The notes under the pieces were generated by a model that saw only the letters and a program-made list of their open reading frames with translations, had not been told where the DNA came from and ran no database searches. Of a stretch of 50,941 nt of DNA, positions 35,955-48,938 are shown piece after piece. Numbering within the stretch: position 1 is the first letter of the stretch; each line of letters opens with the position of its first letter. The translations under genes and the position numbers were made by a program. This DNA comes from Sphaeroforma arctica JP610 (taxonomy: Eukaryota): positions 34,561 through 85,501 of the forward strand of contig NW_014040521.1 in assembly GCF_001186125.1 (NCBI RefSeq), written 5' to 3'.

Positions 35955-38900
35955 TATATATATATATAAGTATAAGCATATGTATAAGTATAAGTATAGG
36001 TATATGTTGAAGTATATGTAGATGTAGATATATATATATATATGTAGCTGTAGACGTAGCTGTGTATGTCTATGTTTATGTTTATAAATATATATATATA
36101 TATATACTACACATACACATGTATATATATATATGTATATAAATATATATTTACACACACATACACACACACACAACACACGTATATATATATATCTATA
36201 TATATATGTGTGTATTAATGTACGGATCTGTGTATCTGTCCTGTTTATGTATCTATCTATGTACATACACACACACACACATTTATATATATTTGTATCA
36301 ATGTACCTACGTATCTGAGTATCTGAGTTTTTATATGTATCTATCTAGGTACATGCATACATACATACATATATACACACACACACACACTCGAATATAT
36401 ATATATATATATGAGTGTTAGTATTTATATATCTATATATACGTATGAATATTATGGACATATACATATATATATATATATACAAATGTATATAGGTATA
36501 TATATATATATATATATTTATATTTTGTTTGTTTTTATTATTTCTATTTATAATTTTATATTTTCAATAAGTGTACGTGTGCATGTACATATTCGTGTAC
36601 ACACACATATATATACTTGTTTATATATATAATATAATATATATTTATATATATATATATATATATACGTACATGTTTGCGTATGTTTTTATATGAAGTT
36701 TATATCCTGTCAGATTCATTTCTTGTTTATATATCTGCAGTGCATATCCTAAAATTGGGTGATGATAGACGTTTATGTCTATTCGCATATTTATCCCCTT
36801 GTGCTGATTTATCAAGACATGACTAAGTATCGAATGGTCAAATTTACAATTATATTCTACGGTTATATTTCATACGTGCCTATGTATATATAATCCATTA
36901 TGATATACATATGTAGCATACTTGAGAAGAAATATCACGAGGGATTTTTTCTACACGCAAAAATGGGTTGTTAGCATCGTTTTTCTATGCACGGGTAATT
37001 TTTTTATTACGAAGTTTTAGTGGAATAAGTTTTTATTGCTTTAACTTTAAATCTGACTTTGGTTGCTCATATACTATACAAGACTGAACTCGTATGGACT
37101 TACTATTACCGTGAATGTCGTTTGATTCGATATCGGAGTTACAATAGATGTTTATACATGTATGGAAAAGCATCACGCGTGAGCGCACACACACCGTCTT
37201 ATATAGTTATGGAATTATTAGTGCAATTGTAGTCAACATCAATTTTTTTATACCACAGACATACGACGACTATGTATGTTATAGCACCTATGCAATGAGT
37301 ACGCTTGGAGGGCTGAATGCGTTGCGCGTCTTACAAATACACGCACATGCCTAATAGCATCCAACTTGAGAAAGTCCTTCGTATTTGGTTGACACTTAAT
37401 TTCTGATTTTTCTCATTGGCGAATTTAGCGTCTTAACATCTCTCGTTTGCTTCTTTATGTATGTCGTGTGCTAATCAAGTATTATAGATAAACAGACAAC
37501 ATGCAACACATTCCACACGCTTCCAGCTTTGATTCCTGACTATAGATGATCAATATATGTGCATCTGTTATATTTCCAATTGACCCTTAGTGCACACCCT
37601 ATTATCATACCACAACCGCAGTCGACAAGACATCAAAGCTTAGTATGGTCTTACATATATACTCTTGTCGACATCAACATATCGTATTTTGCATCAAATT
37701 TATGGTTCAAATTTGTTTGATACCTCTGCATCAAATGTGTTATTATATCATGCCACCTCAAGTTTCCGGCGCAATACTTGACATCTTTCCCACTGCCTAC
37801 TGCTGACTCTAGGAAGATTGAGCGATATATCTGAATTTGTAACGTCGCAAGTGGGATATGGAGCGGCATCGGACAGCGAGTTTGAAGACGAAGAGGCGAA
37901 TGTTACGCTCCCACAGAACATGTCTGGTGTGGGCAATGTGCGAAACCACCAGTCAGCTATCAAGCTTGTGGAGGTAGGTTGCTTTATATTGTCATTGCGC
38001 TTGGTATGTAAGGTACTAAACGGAACGAGTTTCGGCGATAGGAAAGCCCTAGCTGGCAAAGTGCCGCGTAACTGACCTGTTATCAATGTGGGCAAGGAAC
38101 TTGTCTTTTGGGTGGTTTGCAATTGTTTGCGTCTCGGTTGCTCACACATTTCATTGTGGTTCTTGTCATCAGCTTGGCCCGAGAATGAATCTGCAATTGA
38201 TCAAGATACAGCAAGGATTCTGTGAGGGTGAGGTGGTACACCACGAGTTTATGAGCAAGACCCCTGAGGAAGCGGCAGCCATGAAGGCGAAGGTCAAGAA
38301 ACAGAAGGAGCTCAAAATCAAGCGGAAAAAGGAGCAGGAGGCAAATGTCAAGCGAAAGGCGGACGAGAAGGCAGCACGCAAGCAGAAGAAGAAGGGTACG
38401 TGTCAACACGGGATGTATATCACTTCAATATCGCGGCTTAAAGATGCACGCTTGTTGCTTGCACTCGCCCGTGTGATAGTGTTGGTAGGCTGTTAACGCT
38501 ACCTCCAAAGGTACAACTTGCTCTACAGGAGTGCTCATCGCATTGATTCAGCCAGTGGAACATCAATCGAAGCCAACATCACTGTTCCCTGTATCTCCTT
38601 GCACCAGATCCCCATGAACGCGCCATACACCTCATCGTACTTCATAACACTTCACGTCTCATATATGTCTTTTTAATTCATCAACATTTTTTCGTTCTGC
38701 ACAGCTGCTGTGGAGGCAGGCGAGGAGGAAGCGGAGGGATCGGATTACCTGCAATCAGACAGCGACGACTCAGAGGTCGACGAAACCGAGTCTGCCAAGC
38801 CAACCGAAGAGAGTGCCATGTACGACGACGAGAAGGACGATGCTGATTACTACAGGGAGGCTGTGGGAGAAGAGCCGGCTGCCGGTATGTAGATCAGTTT

Positions 38901-39470
38901 AGTCCGTGTCGTGCCTTTCTGTGTGTGTGGGGTGGGGGGGGGGTTAAACGTTAATGTGGTATTTGTCTTCATGGTTGCTTTCACTTAAGTATTCTTTGAA
39001 GCATTCTGTATTGATTTTGTCAACGAATCACCTCGAGTGGGCATATGCATGATTTTCTCTCATCAACGGCATTTTCTATGCAAACCACCACAGATCTATT
39101 CCGTCGTAGAAAGTCAGAGGCCGAGCTTGAGGCCGAGAAGAGCGCCAAGACTGCTGGCACGAGGGGTGGTCGTGGTGGCAAAGGTGGCGACAGAGGCACG
39201 AAACGACCGCATGGCGCTGATAACAACGATGAGGACGATGATAGCAATCAGGACGGGGGTGAAGACGACGAGGATAAGAAGAGCACAAAGCGCGTGGACT
39301 ACGGCAAGTCCACTACGTATGTGCAGAATAAGCGTGGGGGTGGCCCTGGACAGCCCTCTCGTGGCGGTAGCAGTAGAGGCAGAGGTGGTGCGAGAGGTAG
39401 AGGCGCTGGGAGAGGCAGGGGACGGGGTGGAAGCCGAGGAGGGTTTGTACGCCATGCTAAGAAATTGTAA
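35148..39470 (+). CDS. PPAN: Suppressor of SWI4 1 / Peter Pan (Brix-domain ribosome biogenesis factor), ~527 aa
   Basis: Exons 35148-35790, 37813-37973, 38173-38395, 38705-38884, 39094-39470 (phase-consistent). Motifs: [107 protein letters not shown], and an RGG tail. Confidence 0.96.
35918..36670. repeat. Compound (TA)n/(CA)n microsatellite tract in PPAN intron 1
   Basis: Directly visible. Confidence 0.95.
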
Positions 39471-39696
39471 TAGACGGATTATGGTTCGTTTTAGAGGGGA
39501 TGTGTGGGAAAGGGTGTTGTCTATGCCCATGAGTGAACCGCAATTAAGGCAACCAAACATCGATAATAGAGTATCGGCAACAATTGAAAGCGCTTTATTG
39601 CTATAAAGATAGATAGGAACAATTCCGCTCAGATCTAAATTTCGGACGATTGCCATTTAATTTAACCTTCAACTTGCGCTCAGTGTGATACTCGAG

Positions 39697-39933
39697 CATA
39701 TTCTCTCTTATTTTGTTGTTGGCATTCAAACAATAAGACTATTAGTAACAAATCATGATAAGAGGAATGTAAGTATCTCACAATTATGATTCTCAATCAG
39801 CCACCAAACCTCCGATCATATTCTCTCTTGTTTTGTTGTTGGCATTCAAACAATAAGACTACCAGTAACTAATCATGTTAAGAGGAATGGAAGTATCTCA
39901 TAAGTATAGTTCTCAATCAGCCACCAAACCTCC
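39697..39933. repeat. Diverged tandem duplication, 120-bp period
   Basis: catattctctctt[a/g]ttttgttgttggcattcaaacaataagacta...ttctcaatcagccaccaaacctcc at 39697 and 39817. Confidence 0.92.
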
Positions 39934-42263
39934 ACTATCGTAACCATATCACTTAACTTATTCTAATTTAAGAACTTCACCTCCTTATCACTGCTGCAAA
40001 TTCGAAACTGAAAAAGAAATATCAGACCATCGTTGAACTGTAGTGAATCCTACGCAATTTGCTTTGCAGTGCTCTCGATTATTATTCGTTCAATACCTCT
40101 ATTGCACACTCGATACTGTGGGTTTTAAATCAGGTGCGCTATCGTTGACTGATAAGATACTGTCTCACCCCCGATTCTCCACACTTCCACCGTATCCCGA
40201 GAGGATTGAACAGAATCAAATAATCGGAGACGATCGACGTACATAGTCGCTCCGTAGTCCGAGCACAAGCGCCTGTGTATTCACATTTTTGTCTCCGGAG
40301 TTTGGTAGAATGTAGCGAGTGTGCATAGTTGTGGTTTGTATCCTGACCAGCAGGTAATCTTTGTCTTGGCCGGAATGGTGTATAGTGAATTCTCACCTCA
40401 CATGTCAATCTATCAATGACACTTACTATAGAAGCTAAATATGCATCTGCGGAGAATATACTTGCGGTGCATTCTCCGCGTGAGACTTTTTTGTTTGTTT
40501 GACATTTCTCTATAATTTTGTGACGGTACGCTTGGTTGTCCTTGGTAACCGGGCACAAGAACACAAAATAACCTTCGGGTCTGAGTAAAGTTACATACAC
40601 AATGATAGAGCGCGCAGATGTTGTAGGAACTACCCATCCCCCATACACTGCTGCACTCATATTTATCCTCAATTGACTTTCCTGTCTCTGTATATTTCAG
40701 TAATATCATCCTGCAATCAACCGCTCGCATTCGCCATTGATCCTCTCCTTCCATATTAGTCAATCAACGATTACGCAGATTGTCTCGGGGATTTTATAGT
40801 CAGTCGTTCGGCGATCAATGCAAACCCTTCTTATTGACACTGGCGTCCGCGCGCAAGTGGATGGAGTGATGTGATACAAGACATGTGTCGGATTCCCGGC
40901 CACAAAGAGCTAACATGATATGCGTAAATACAAAGGTTACAGTGTGTGCGTAGATTGTGGACATGTTTCGCGATTTAACTGTTCACGCGCTCACTTTTGC
41001 AGAACAATGGACAACATACAACTGACAAGTAAAGGTAAAGATATCTGACTAGTGAAGATGAAGGTGATACTACCTGGTACAAACTACACAACAGGTATAA
41101 AATGTGCAGCAACAACACAATGTCAGTTTGTCTCCCCTTCAGAGTCCGCTTTAATTTGCATCAGGTAAACAATATACGAGACTGTGTGTGGGTGTGTGAA
41201 AGTGTTTGTGTGTGTGTGTGTCCGTTTTTGTGTATATATACATAAATATGTAAATATACAATAATGACATTCTCACTGCAACGCAGTCCTTACCGTCGAC
41301 CCTCTGTGCCGTATACAATTTATAATTTATGTAAGTACTAGGTAGAGTGACGCCACGGATCGAAATTTGCAGAAATTACATATTCCATTATGCGTACACC
41401 ACCAACGACTATCGTCTGAAGCCACAAGTGCCCGGAGACGCATTCGTAATTCGATCGTGGTATTGTTACATATTGCTGTACGCCGAGTGATGAACGTACA
41501 TTGGCCAAAGACTACAAATCTTCTCCCCCCCCCCCCGAACCGATGAAACTCAGGGTTATCTGTGGCGAAACGGATGTCGCTTGATTTTGGTGCAAACCAT
41601 CGCAATTCACTGGGAAGCCGGACGTAAATTTGCTCCACGCACATTTTTTTTTTGGCAGGAGTATTCATCGACAGTGTCCATGGAAGCCGTCTTCGGTACA
41701 TAGTATATTCGGCGGCGTTCTTATTGGAAGGATCGCGTTCAATCGTTAAGCCGAATTCATCGGCCATCAGAAATGGTCATCTCATCATCTTAGTGCTTCT
41801 GGATTCTTATCTTACCCCCGGCATTAAATTCACTCAAAGCTCAATTAAGAGTCAAGTCGTTTCTGTTTTTTTAGCGGGCGTCATGAAGTTCTGCAATCGC
41901 TCACCAATACGATCTGTATCGAGATTGGTGGGGAGACCTACTAACTATTCACTATTCTATAGTACTTGACTGGCATTCTCCTGATACCTGGCCTTTCTAC
42001 CTTGAGCTATACTGCCTCATTCAGTCATCACCTCTTCGTGAACATTCAACTGCAATTCGCCTTTCCGCACATTCGGTGCATCATCTTCTGCCACAGTCGG
42101 TTCGCAATACATTCGTGTTTAATCTGCCTTTTCCTTTGTGCTATTATTTTCTGACTCAACCTCAGACATTCACTGATGCATCGTCAATTACGGTGTCGTC
42201 TGCAGCAGTTGGCCCAGAGCTGTCCTTTTCAACGTGTCCATCTGTACTGTTACTAGCACCTTC

Positions 42264-45200
42264 CTAGAGGCTTTCCTCCGAATCTACAGCTGAGCTGTTC
42301 TTCTCCACTTGTTTATCCGCGCAGTCAAAATCAGCATCTGCATCCTTGGTACATTCCGCAGACTCTTCAACCTTGCTTTCAGTATGGACAGGCTCATCAA
42401 TTGTGTCATCACTGGCATGTAGATGTTGAGTAGTTTCTTCAGCATCTTCGACTGAGCCGATATTCACAGCACACTCAACCTCAGTGGCTCCATCGACGCT
42501 CACGGCCTCTGTATTTTGAGCAATGCTGTCTTTTGCTGAATCTTCACAACCTAGACCACCAACAGTGTCCGTTGTTACGCCGGTTTTCTCTGTATTTCCG
42601 TTTTCTGTAATACTTGAAGCATCGGTGGGCTTTACATCACCAGCAGCTTCTTCAGATATCAAAGTATCAGCAGCATCCGTCTTTGCGGACTCGTCCTGAG
42701 CACCATCGGGGTTCACGTCGTCTTGAGCAGCATCAACTGGTATCAAAGCATTGACACTGACCTCTAATTGTGCCTCGGCTTGAAGAGCATCAAAATTCAT
42801 CTCTTTTGTGTTATTATTGGGTATAGAAGTATTCTCACTCACCTCGACTTGTGCGGCATCCATAGCATCCTCGAGCCCGGCAGCCTCCCCAGTGTCTGTG
42901 ACTTTGGTACTCGTTTCAATGCCACAAAGGCGAGACTGCTCATCAGCATCTGCGGAATCAGGTTTGCCTACACGACCTTCTTGTATGAGATCCTTCTTAG
43001 CATTCTTGTTCTTCATTTCATCTGTATTATTTTCTTGTTTACTGCTATCCACCTCGAATTCATCGGGGACTCCAGCTTTATCTAAGGTTTCCGTATGTAC
43101 TGTGGCATTCTTTGTCACCTCAACCTCGGTGTCCTGCGCTACTTCCTTATACATCGAGTAGTCCCCTGCTACTTTACATGTGTCGGTATCAGCCGCGCCT
43201 ATATGTACAGATTCCACTACATCTTTGTGTTCAGTGTCAGCTACAGCATCCCCGAGCACGATGTCACCCTCAGCGTCTTCAACTACACTATTCTCTACTG
43301 TATCTTTTAATGTCGAGTGGTCGTCTGCATCGACAGATTTCTTGGTTTCTGCTACATCCATGTCAGTTGCAACACCGTGTTCGTTTTCAGCCGCTTTGAG
43401 TTTGGTGGATTCTGCACCATCTTCAGGTAAACGGTCACCTCCAGGAGGATCAGAGAATGAATCATTTGATTCATCACTCGCCCCACTTGGGCCTTCAGAA
43501 TTCTTCGTCACACCCGTATCGTTCTTAGTTTTGTGCCTTATATCGTCTCCGTCAATCTCCTCCACAATCTCATCCTTCGTGATCTGTGTGATTTCCTTGT
43601 CCTTTTGAGTCTGCTTGTACTGGTCCTGTTCTTTCTGCCGCTTTCTTTCCCTAGCTGCCAGCGCATTCTGTCTGTTCTCAGCCATTCGCTTGAGCAGTGT
43701 GGGAGATAAGAGGGCGGCGGTCTTCTTGGTGAGTGGTATGGCCGACGAACGGGCCGACTCTGCGGTGGTGGCTGTGGTTGATCCTCTCATGCTGTCGAAC
43801 TAGTCAAGTGGCATAATTAAGGAGTTGACTTAATAGGAAGGTTACTTACTACTAGATGCTAGACATGCGAGAGCCTGTACATCTACTTCTTTAAACACGC
43901 AAGCAACGACCGTATCGAGCTGTTCAGAAACAGATTGGATTAAAGCATAGCAATACACATGAAAGAAATGCGATCCACGACTTACAACTGCATCCATATT
44001 TTCGTCATCGGATGCTTCTCGCCTCCTGCGTTCGTCTTCAGCCACAGCTTGTTCCAGCGCTGCTGCTTCTTCATCGTCTAATGTCTCGTACGAGCCCTCG
44101 TCCGGTCGCCTATAAGACAAATGTCAAATATGCACAGGCTTAGTGTTGCAGGAGTATGCTGCTCTAACACAGGGTCACTCTTTATTGTGGTCCTACGACT
44201 ACTTGTTAGTACCTTAAAATTTCTTTCTTACGCTAATAGAATTAATATAAGAGGGTGAGACGATGAGTTTACTTCGATAATATTCCGCATGTACAATCAA
44301 GGAGTCAATGCTGCAAGCAATGTGAAGCCACATAAGATGACACAGATGACGATAACGGTCAAAGCATGTACAAGCGTACACAAATAATGCTAGTAACGGG
44401 TCTATGAAGTACATCACGCATGACATAGAGCACAGCACAACAAACGGATACCGCCAATTCGTTGAGGGCCTACGACTTACTTTGACATGGCCTCCTCTTT
44501 CATGACGGAGATAAAGTGCTGCTCGGAGAAAAAATCAAAAGGAGAACGAAAAGGCGATTGTAAGTACCGCCGCCATCGAGCATTGAGTTCCGACTTCCGT
44601 CTTCATTAAAGCAGCCCAGCATATCGAGAATGTCGACACACGGTGGAAATGCGCCTTGCGCGATATGTGCTCTTTACTCAAAATAAAGGCTGTCCTAACC
44701 AAAATGGCAACGCCTCACATAAATTGGCCATATTGAACGACCTGATCCGAATAAACTCTTGTGAACGCACATGAAACGTTTATCCTCCCATACATACCCT
44801 GATGACTCCAGTTCCTTTCCGGCTGATTTGCGCAGTGAAGTCGTCGAAGTGCAGTCCAGGCATTAAGCGGTGGGCCCACATTTCATAGGCCAGAATAAGT
44901 CGCCGCAGGTCGTAGCTCTGAAGGGCGAACACGCATGAGACAAAGGCATACATACGTACGTGTCTACACTGTGTGTTCTGAATTGTATATACCACCCATG
45001 CCCAATCACATATGGTTGTTCGTATGAAATTGTGCTATAGATATATTTACTGCGGATTTATGGCTACGTAAGCATAGCATAGTGAATACAGTGAGCAAGA
45101 TGAACGTAAATATGTACTATTCAGGTATAAGTTTTGAAGTTGTACATACGTCAGAAAAGATACCCAAAAATTGAACTACCGATCTCATGCCGTACCTGAA

Positions 45201-46853
45201 CAGGAACCGCGATAATAAGAGATATACAAGAGTGTATACCATAACAAAATTCAGCAAGTCGAACGACATACACACTCAGCAAATAGGGAATGTACATCGT
45301 TCTTACCTCATATCCTTTTCCCTTGAACTTGACAGATTTGAGCACGCTATGTAGAAGTGGCAAACCGTTCTCTCCGAGAATCCTGTGAAATCAATATTTT
45401 TGTTTTTATAAAGACATACAAAAGCATTCACGATCTCGACCAATTTTGAAGGGCCGATCCTGTCGAACGAACGACAGTAAGGCTATTTAACGCTCATTTT
45501 CGGATTTGCACAAGGAAGGCTCATGATTAGCAACACTTTGGACCAAATCGAACATTGTATCTCCTTTCCGTGCGGGGGACGTTGCTTGCAATTATTGCAT
45601 AGAAAGATAGCAGAACCATACGACTAAACCAAACATACAGATCTTCGGTCATCTTGACACGCTTCGCCGCTGGTTTCTTCTTCTTCACAGCAGCTGGATG
45701 AAAACAAGGGAAAAAGGAAATTTTATGAATTAGATTAGCACTACCGTGAACTTTTAGCGGTAATAAGGTGGTCGGATTCTACACATGCCGACATTCACCA
45801 CCTTCATCTGCGCCGCCAAATGACCTTTTTTAAAGGGCAGTTCGCTAAGAGAGCTTGCACTGACCGCTGTGGCCAGGAACTCCTAAATTAGCATACCTCG
45901 ACGAGAGAAATTGATGCGATATATGTATGTATAATCAAGCTTTCGGATGCGATGAGAAAGTCGACATATCACCAGACGGCGACAGAATCGCCGTCTGGAG
46001 GATATACCATGCAAAATAATACTAATAATGCTTCACCAGACCTGATCATGAGGACCTAATTACGTCTCTGGGCTTTTGCGAGCACGTAACTTATTTTACG
46101 TAAATTTCGATCAGACCACATGCATCGAAGTCTGTACAATACCTTCCGCATTTGCATCGCCATCGCCCTCAGTCTGCGCAGCGTCCATGGCATCAAGTTC
46201 CTCATCTGCCACGAAGTCGAACTCGTCTAAATCCATGTCTAGAGCATCGGCATCACGCTTCTGGCTGGTTCCATTGGCATTAGTCTGGATTTGTATTATG
46301 CCACATCAATCATTAGTGAAGCTACATACACTGCTATCCAAGTGTTGTATGGTGTCTACCGCATATGATCCTATCACACAACAGAAATGAAACAAGCCAT
46401 CAGCAGCCGTGTATACCGATTGCCGTTTTACAAATCTTTACATCGACGCCACAGACAGCAGCAAATGGACTAGCATTTGGCAAGCACGTCCCCGACACAG
46501 TGAGAGACAAGTATTTCTGCACTCGTATATCATACATTCATTCAGCGGAATAACAGGGAAGAGAACGTCTTTTAGGAACATGTTTGGGATTGAACACAGA
46601 AAACGAATCGTAGACAAAAAAATAGAATTGAAATATAAAAAGACTCCATGAAAAAAATGGAATAGTAATAAGGATCAAATTCATGACAAACAACAGAATA
46701 GCAACTGGTACATACAGAGCTTGACGGCCCAGCATCATTGCCACCCAAATCTTCACCAAGCAATTCTGTAGGAAATTCAGCATCATCGTCACTGTCGAAG
46801 AAAGCGGCAGAGTGAATATCCGTCACGTGTGATTGTCCATCGGAACCCAGCAT
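42264..46853 (-). CDS. TIPIN: TIMELESS-interacting protein / Csm3 / Swi3 (replication fork protection complex) with long acidic tail, ~742 aa
   Basis: Exons 46716-46853, 46143-46284, 45639-45693, 45307-45382, 44798-44917, 44481-44518, 43986-44109, 42264-43799. Swi3 domain: KMTEDLILGENGLPLL..VKFKGKGYESYDLRRLILAYEMWAHRLMPGLHFDDF. RPA32-binding-type motif: LLKRMAENRQNALAARERK. The ATG at 46853 directly follows a CAG acceptor, so an upstream exon is likely. Confidence 0.92.
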
Positions 46854-47127
46854 CTGAAATAGCACGGGAGTAATCGATGTTCTCGTCATTAGGCTATGAT
46901 ATGTATCTCATCCTACGACAAGCACTAGTGGATTGCATATATTTTGCATACCGACAGCATTCTTCACAATAGTCTTATAATTTCGTCCGTTCGAGGCAGC
47001 TAATATGGTCTGAATGGTGTGACGACGAGTACAGTACTGTACAAACAGGCTTAAATCCCAGTTTTTCAAGAAATGTGATTTGAGCTGACTGGTTCTAATA
47101 CACGCTCGTAGTATACTTTTTAAGCCG

Positions 47128-47129
<2 letters not shown>

Positions 47130-47164
<35 letters not shown>

Positions 47165-47172
47165 CTATATAC

Positions 47173-47227
<55 letters not shown>

Positions 47228-47247
47228 NNNNNNNNNNNNNNNNNNNN

Positions 47248-47287
<40 letters not shown>

Positions 47288-47317
47288 TAGTTAGTAGTAG
47301 TTAGTAGTAGTAGTATA

Positions 47318-47350
<33 letters not shown>
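47130..47350. repeat. (TA)n/(TAG)n microsatellite with a 20-N gap
   Basis: Directly visible. Confidence 0.95.
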
Positions 47351-48810
47351 GATGGAAACTTGTTTTTGTGCGCATCTGCACGACGGCTGATTATCGGCGC
47401 TAATATTAAGCATCACTTCGCGCATAATTTCAAGGCATTCCATAGATATTTGAGTGATTGCTTAGTAGTGAGGAGCGAGTCGGTATGTGGCGAGGAATGC
47501 CTGTTGAGATTTGTAGATACCGTAGTCAAATGTGTCCTGGTGGCGACAGCAATCAGACAATCCAAATAAAAAATAGCATATGATACACACAGCAAGAAAC
47601 ATGAATAAGATAAAACACAATCCGAACAGCAAATAAGACGGACAGAAACGGCAGCTAATATAGAGAAACGAAGGTCAATATTGAATATATAAAAACAAAA
47701 ATCGGTCTATTGGAAGTCATCAATATACCGGGTTTATTGTATGCTTCGACTGCAGGTCTACGCTAGCACGTAGACCGTGTACGTGATACCTGAGGCTAAA
47801 AGAGATTGACGAAAGTCACAAATCCAGTAGATGTCTATGCTATCAAAGAGAGTGTATAGTGTACTCAATTGAGCATATACGTTGTACTTGAAATGCTAGT
47901 ATGCACGACAAGATGGTTCGTTTGCTTGCGCGGAGCCGTTCTTCGTGTCTCTAGTAGTTTTTCTTTGTCACACATCAGAATGTCAAGATCCGATTGATAA
48001 TAAACAACACGCACACATCATAAAACAGAAGTATACTATACGCGTACGTGTCTAGCAACAGAAAGAATATGCACAACAACAAATAAACAATATTACACAC
48101 CATAGCAATACTGCACATAATCGAGCTGTGTTCGTCCAGTATTTTTCCGTACCTTGAGTAGCTACTGGATACTCACACAGGAGACTCCTATGTGTCCAAA
48201 AAGAGTTAAAATCTTGGAGCTGATTCCTAGCAACGAAGCTATCACGTCACTAGCGACGCAGTCAGATCGAACAAAAGTCCCTCAACGAGACTTGTCAATT
48301 TTTAATAGACAGTGTGTTCACGGGAGTATATCTTGATACGATGGACCGAGATGTGCACTTTTGACTTGTTGATCGAAGGATGTGCAAGTATGACTTGTGA
48401 GGTATGCGAGATCGATATGTATATATTATATATGTATGCGACAGTGCAGTAGAGATTGTTATACTCCTATCGCAGTTGGCAGATGTAATTGATATACTGT
48501 TTACGCAACCTCTTTGAAAGTTATAAGTACGTTATATACCCTCTTAAAAACAGCAGTTGATAACTTGATATATTTATGTACTACGGGTCTACGGGTCTAT
48601 GGCACATAAAATTATATGTTTTGACCTGTGACCTGTGACTGTGACCATACCCTCACCTTTTACTAAAGGTCACTTGAAAATTGAAATCGAGAAACGCGCA
48701 TCCTTTACAGTACTCCAAAAAGACCGCCAAATTTTGAAATTACTGGCGCGCTTGCACCTACATATTTGGAAGTCCTTCTCAAATGAAATCTGGCGGGATC
48801 ACTTGACAAA

Positions 48811-48938
48811 ATATGACATCACTATGACATCAGTATATATATATGACATCACTATGACATCAGTATATATATATGACATCACTATGACATCAGTATATAT
48901 ATATTCACATTTAGCCGACTAGCCTTAGCCGACTAGCC
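48811..48938. repeat. Perfect 30-bp x3 tandem repeat followed by a 14-bp x2 repeat
   Basis: (ATATGACATCACTATGACATCAGTATATAT)3 at 48811-48900; (TTAGCCGACTAGCC)2 at 48911-48938. Confidence 0.97.

Noticed and set aside
33318..36632. Tyr/Ile/Cys/Val/His/Thr-repeat ORFs
   Set aside because: Translations of microsatellites.
36759..36807. Possible C/D snoRNA in PPAN intron 1 (GTGATGA...CTGA)
   Set aside because: Only 49 nt from box C to box D, weak terminal stem and no convincing rRNA guide. A snoscan or small-RNA hit would be needed.
42768..43803. Multiple plus-strand ORFs
   Set aside because: Antisense shadows of the TIPIN acidic exon.
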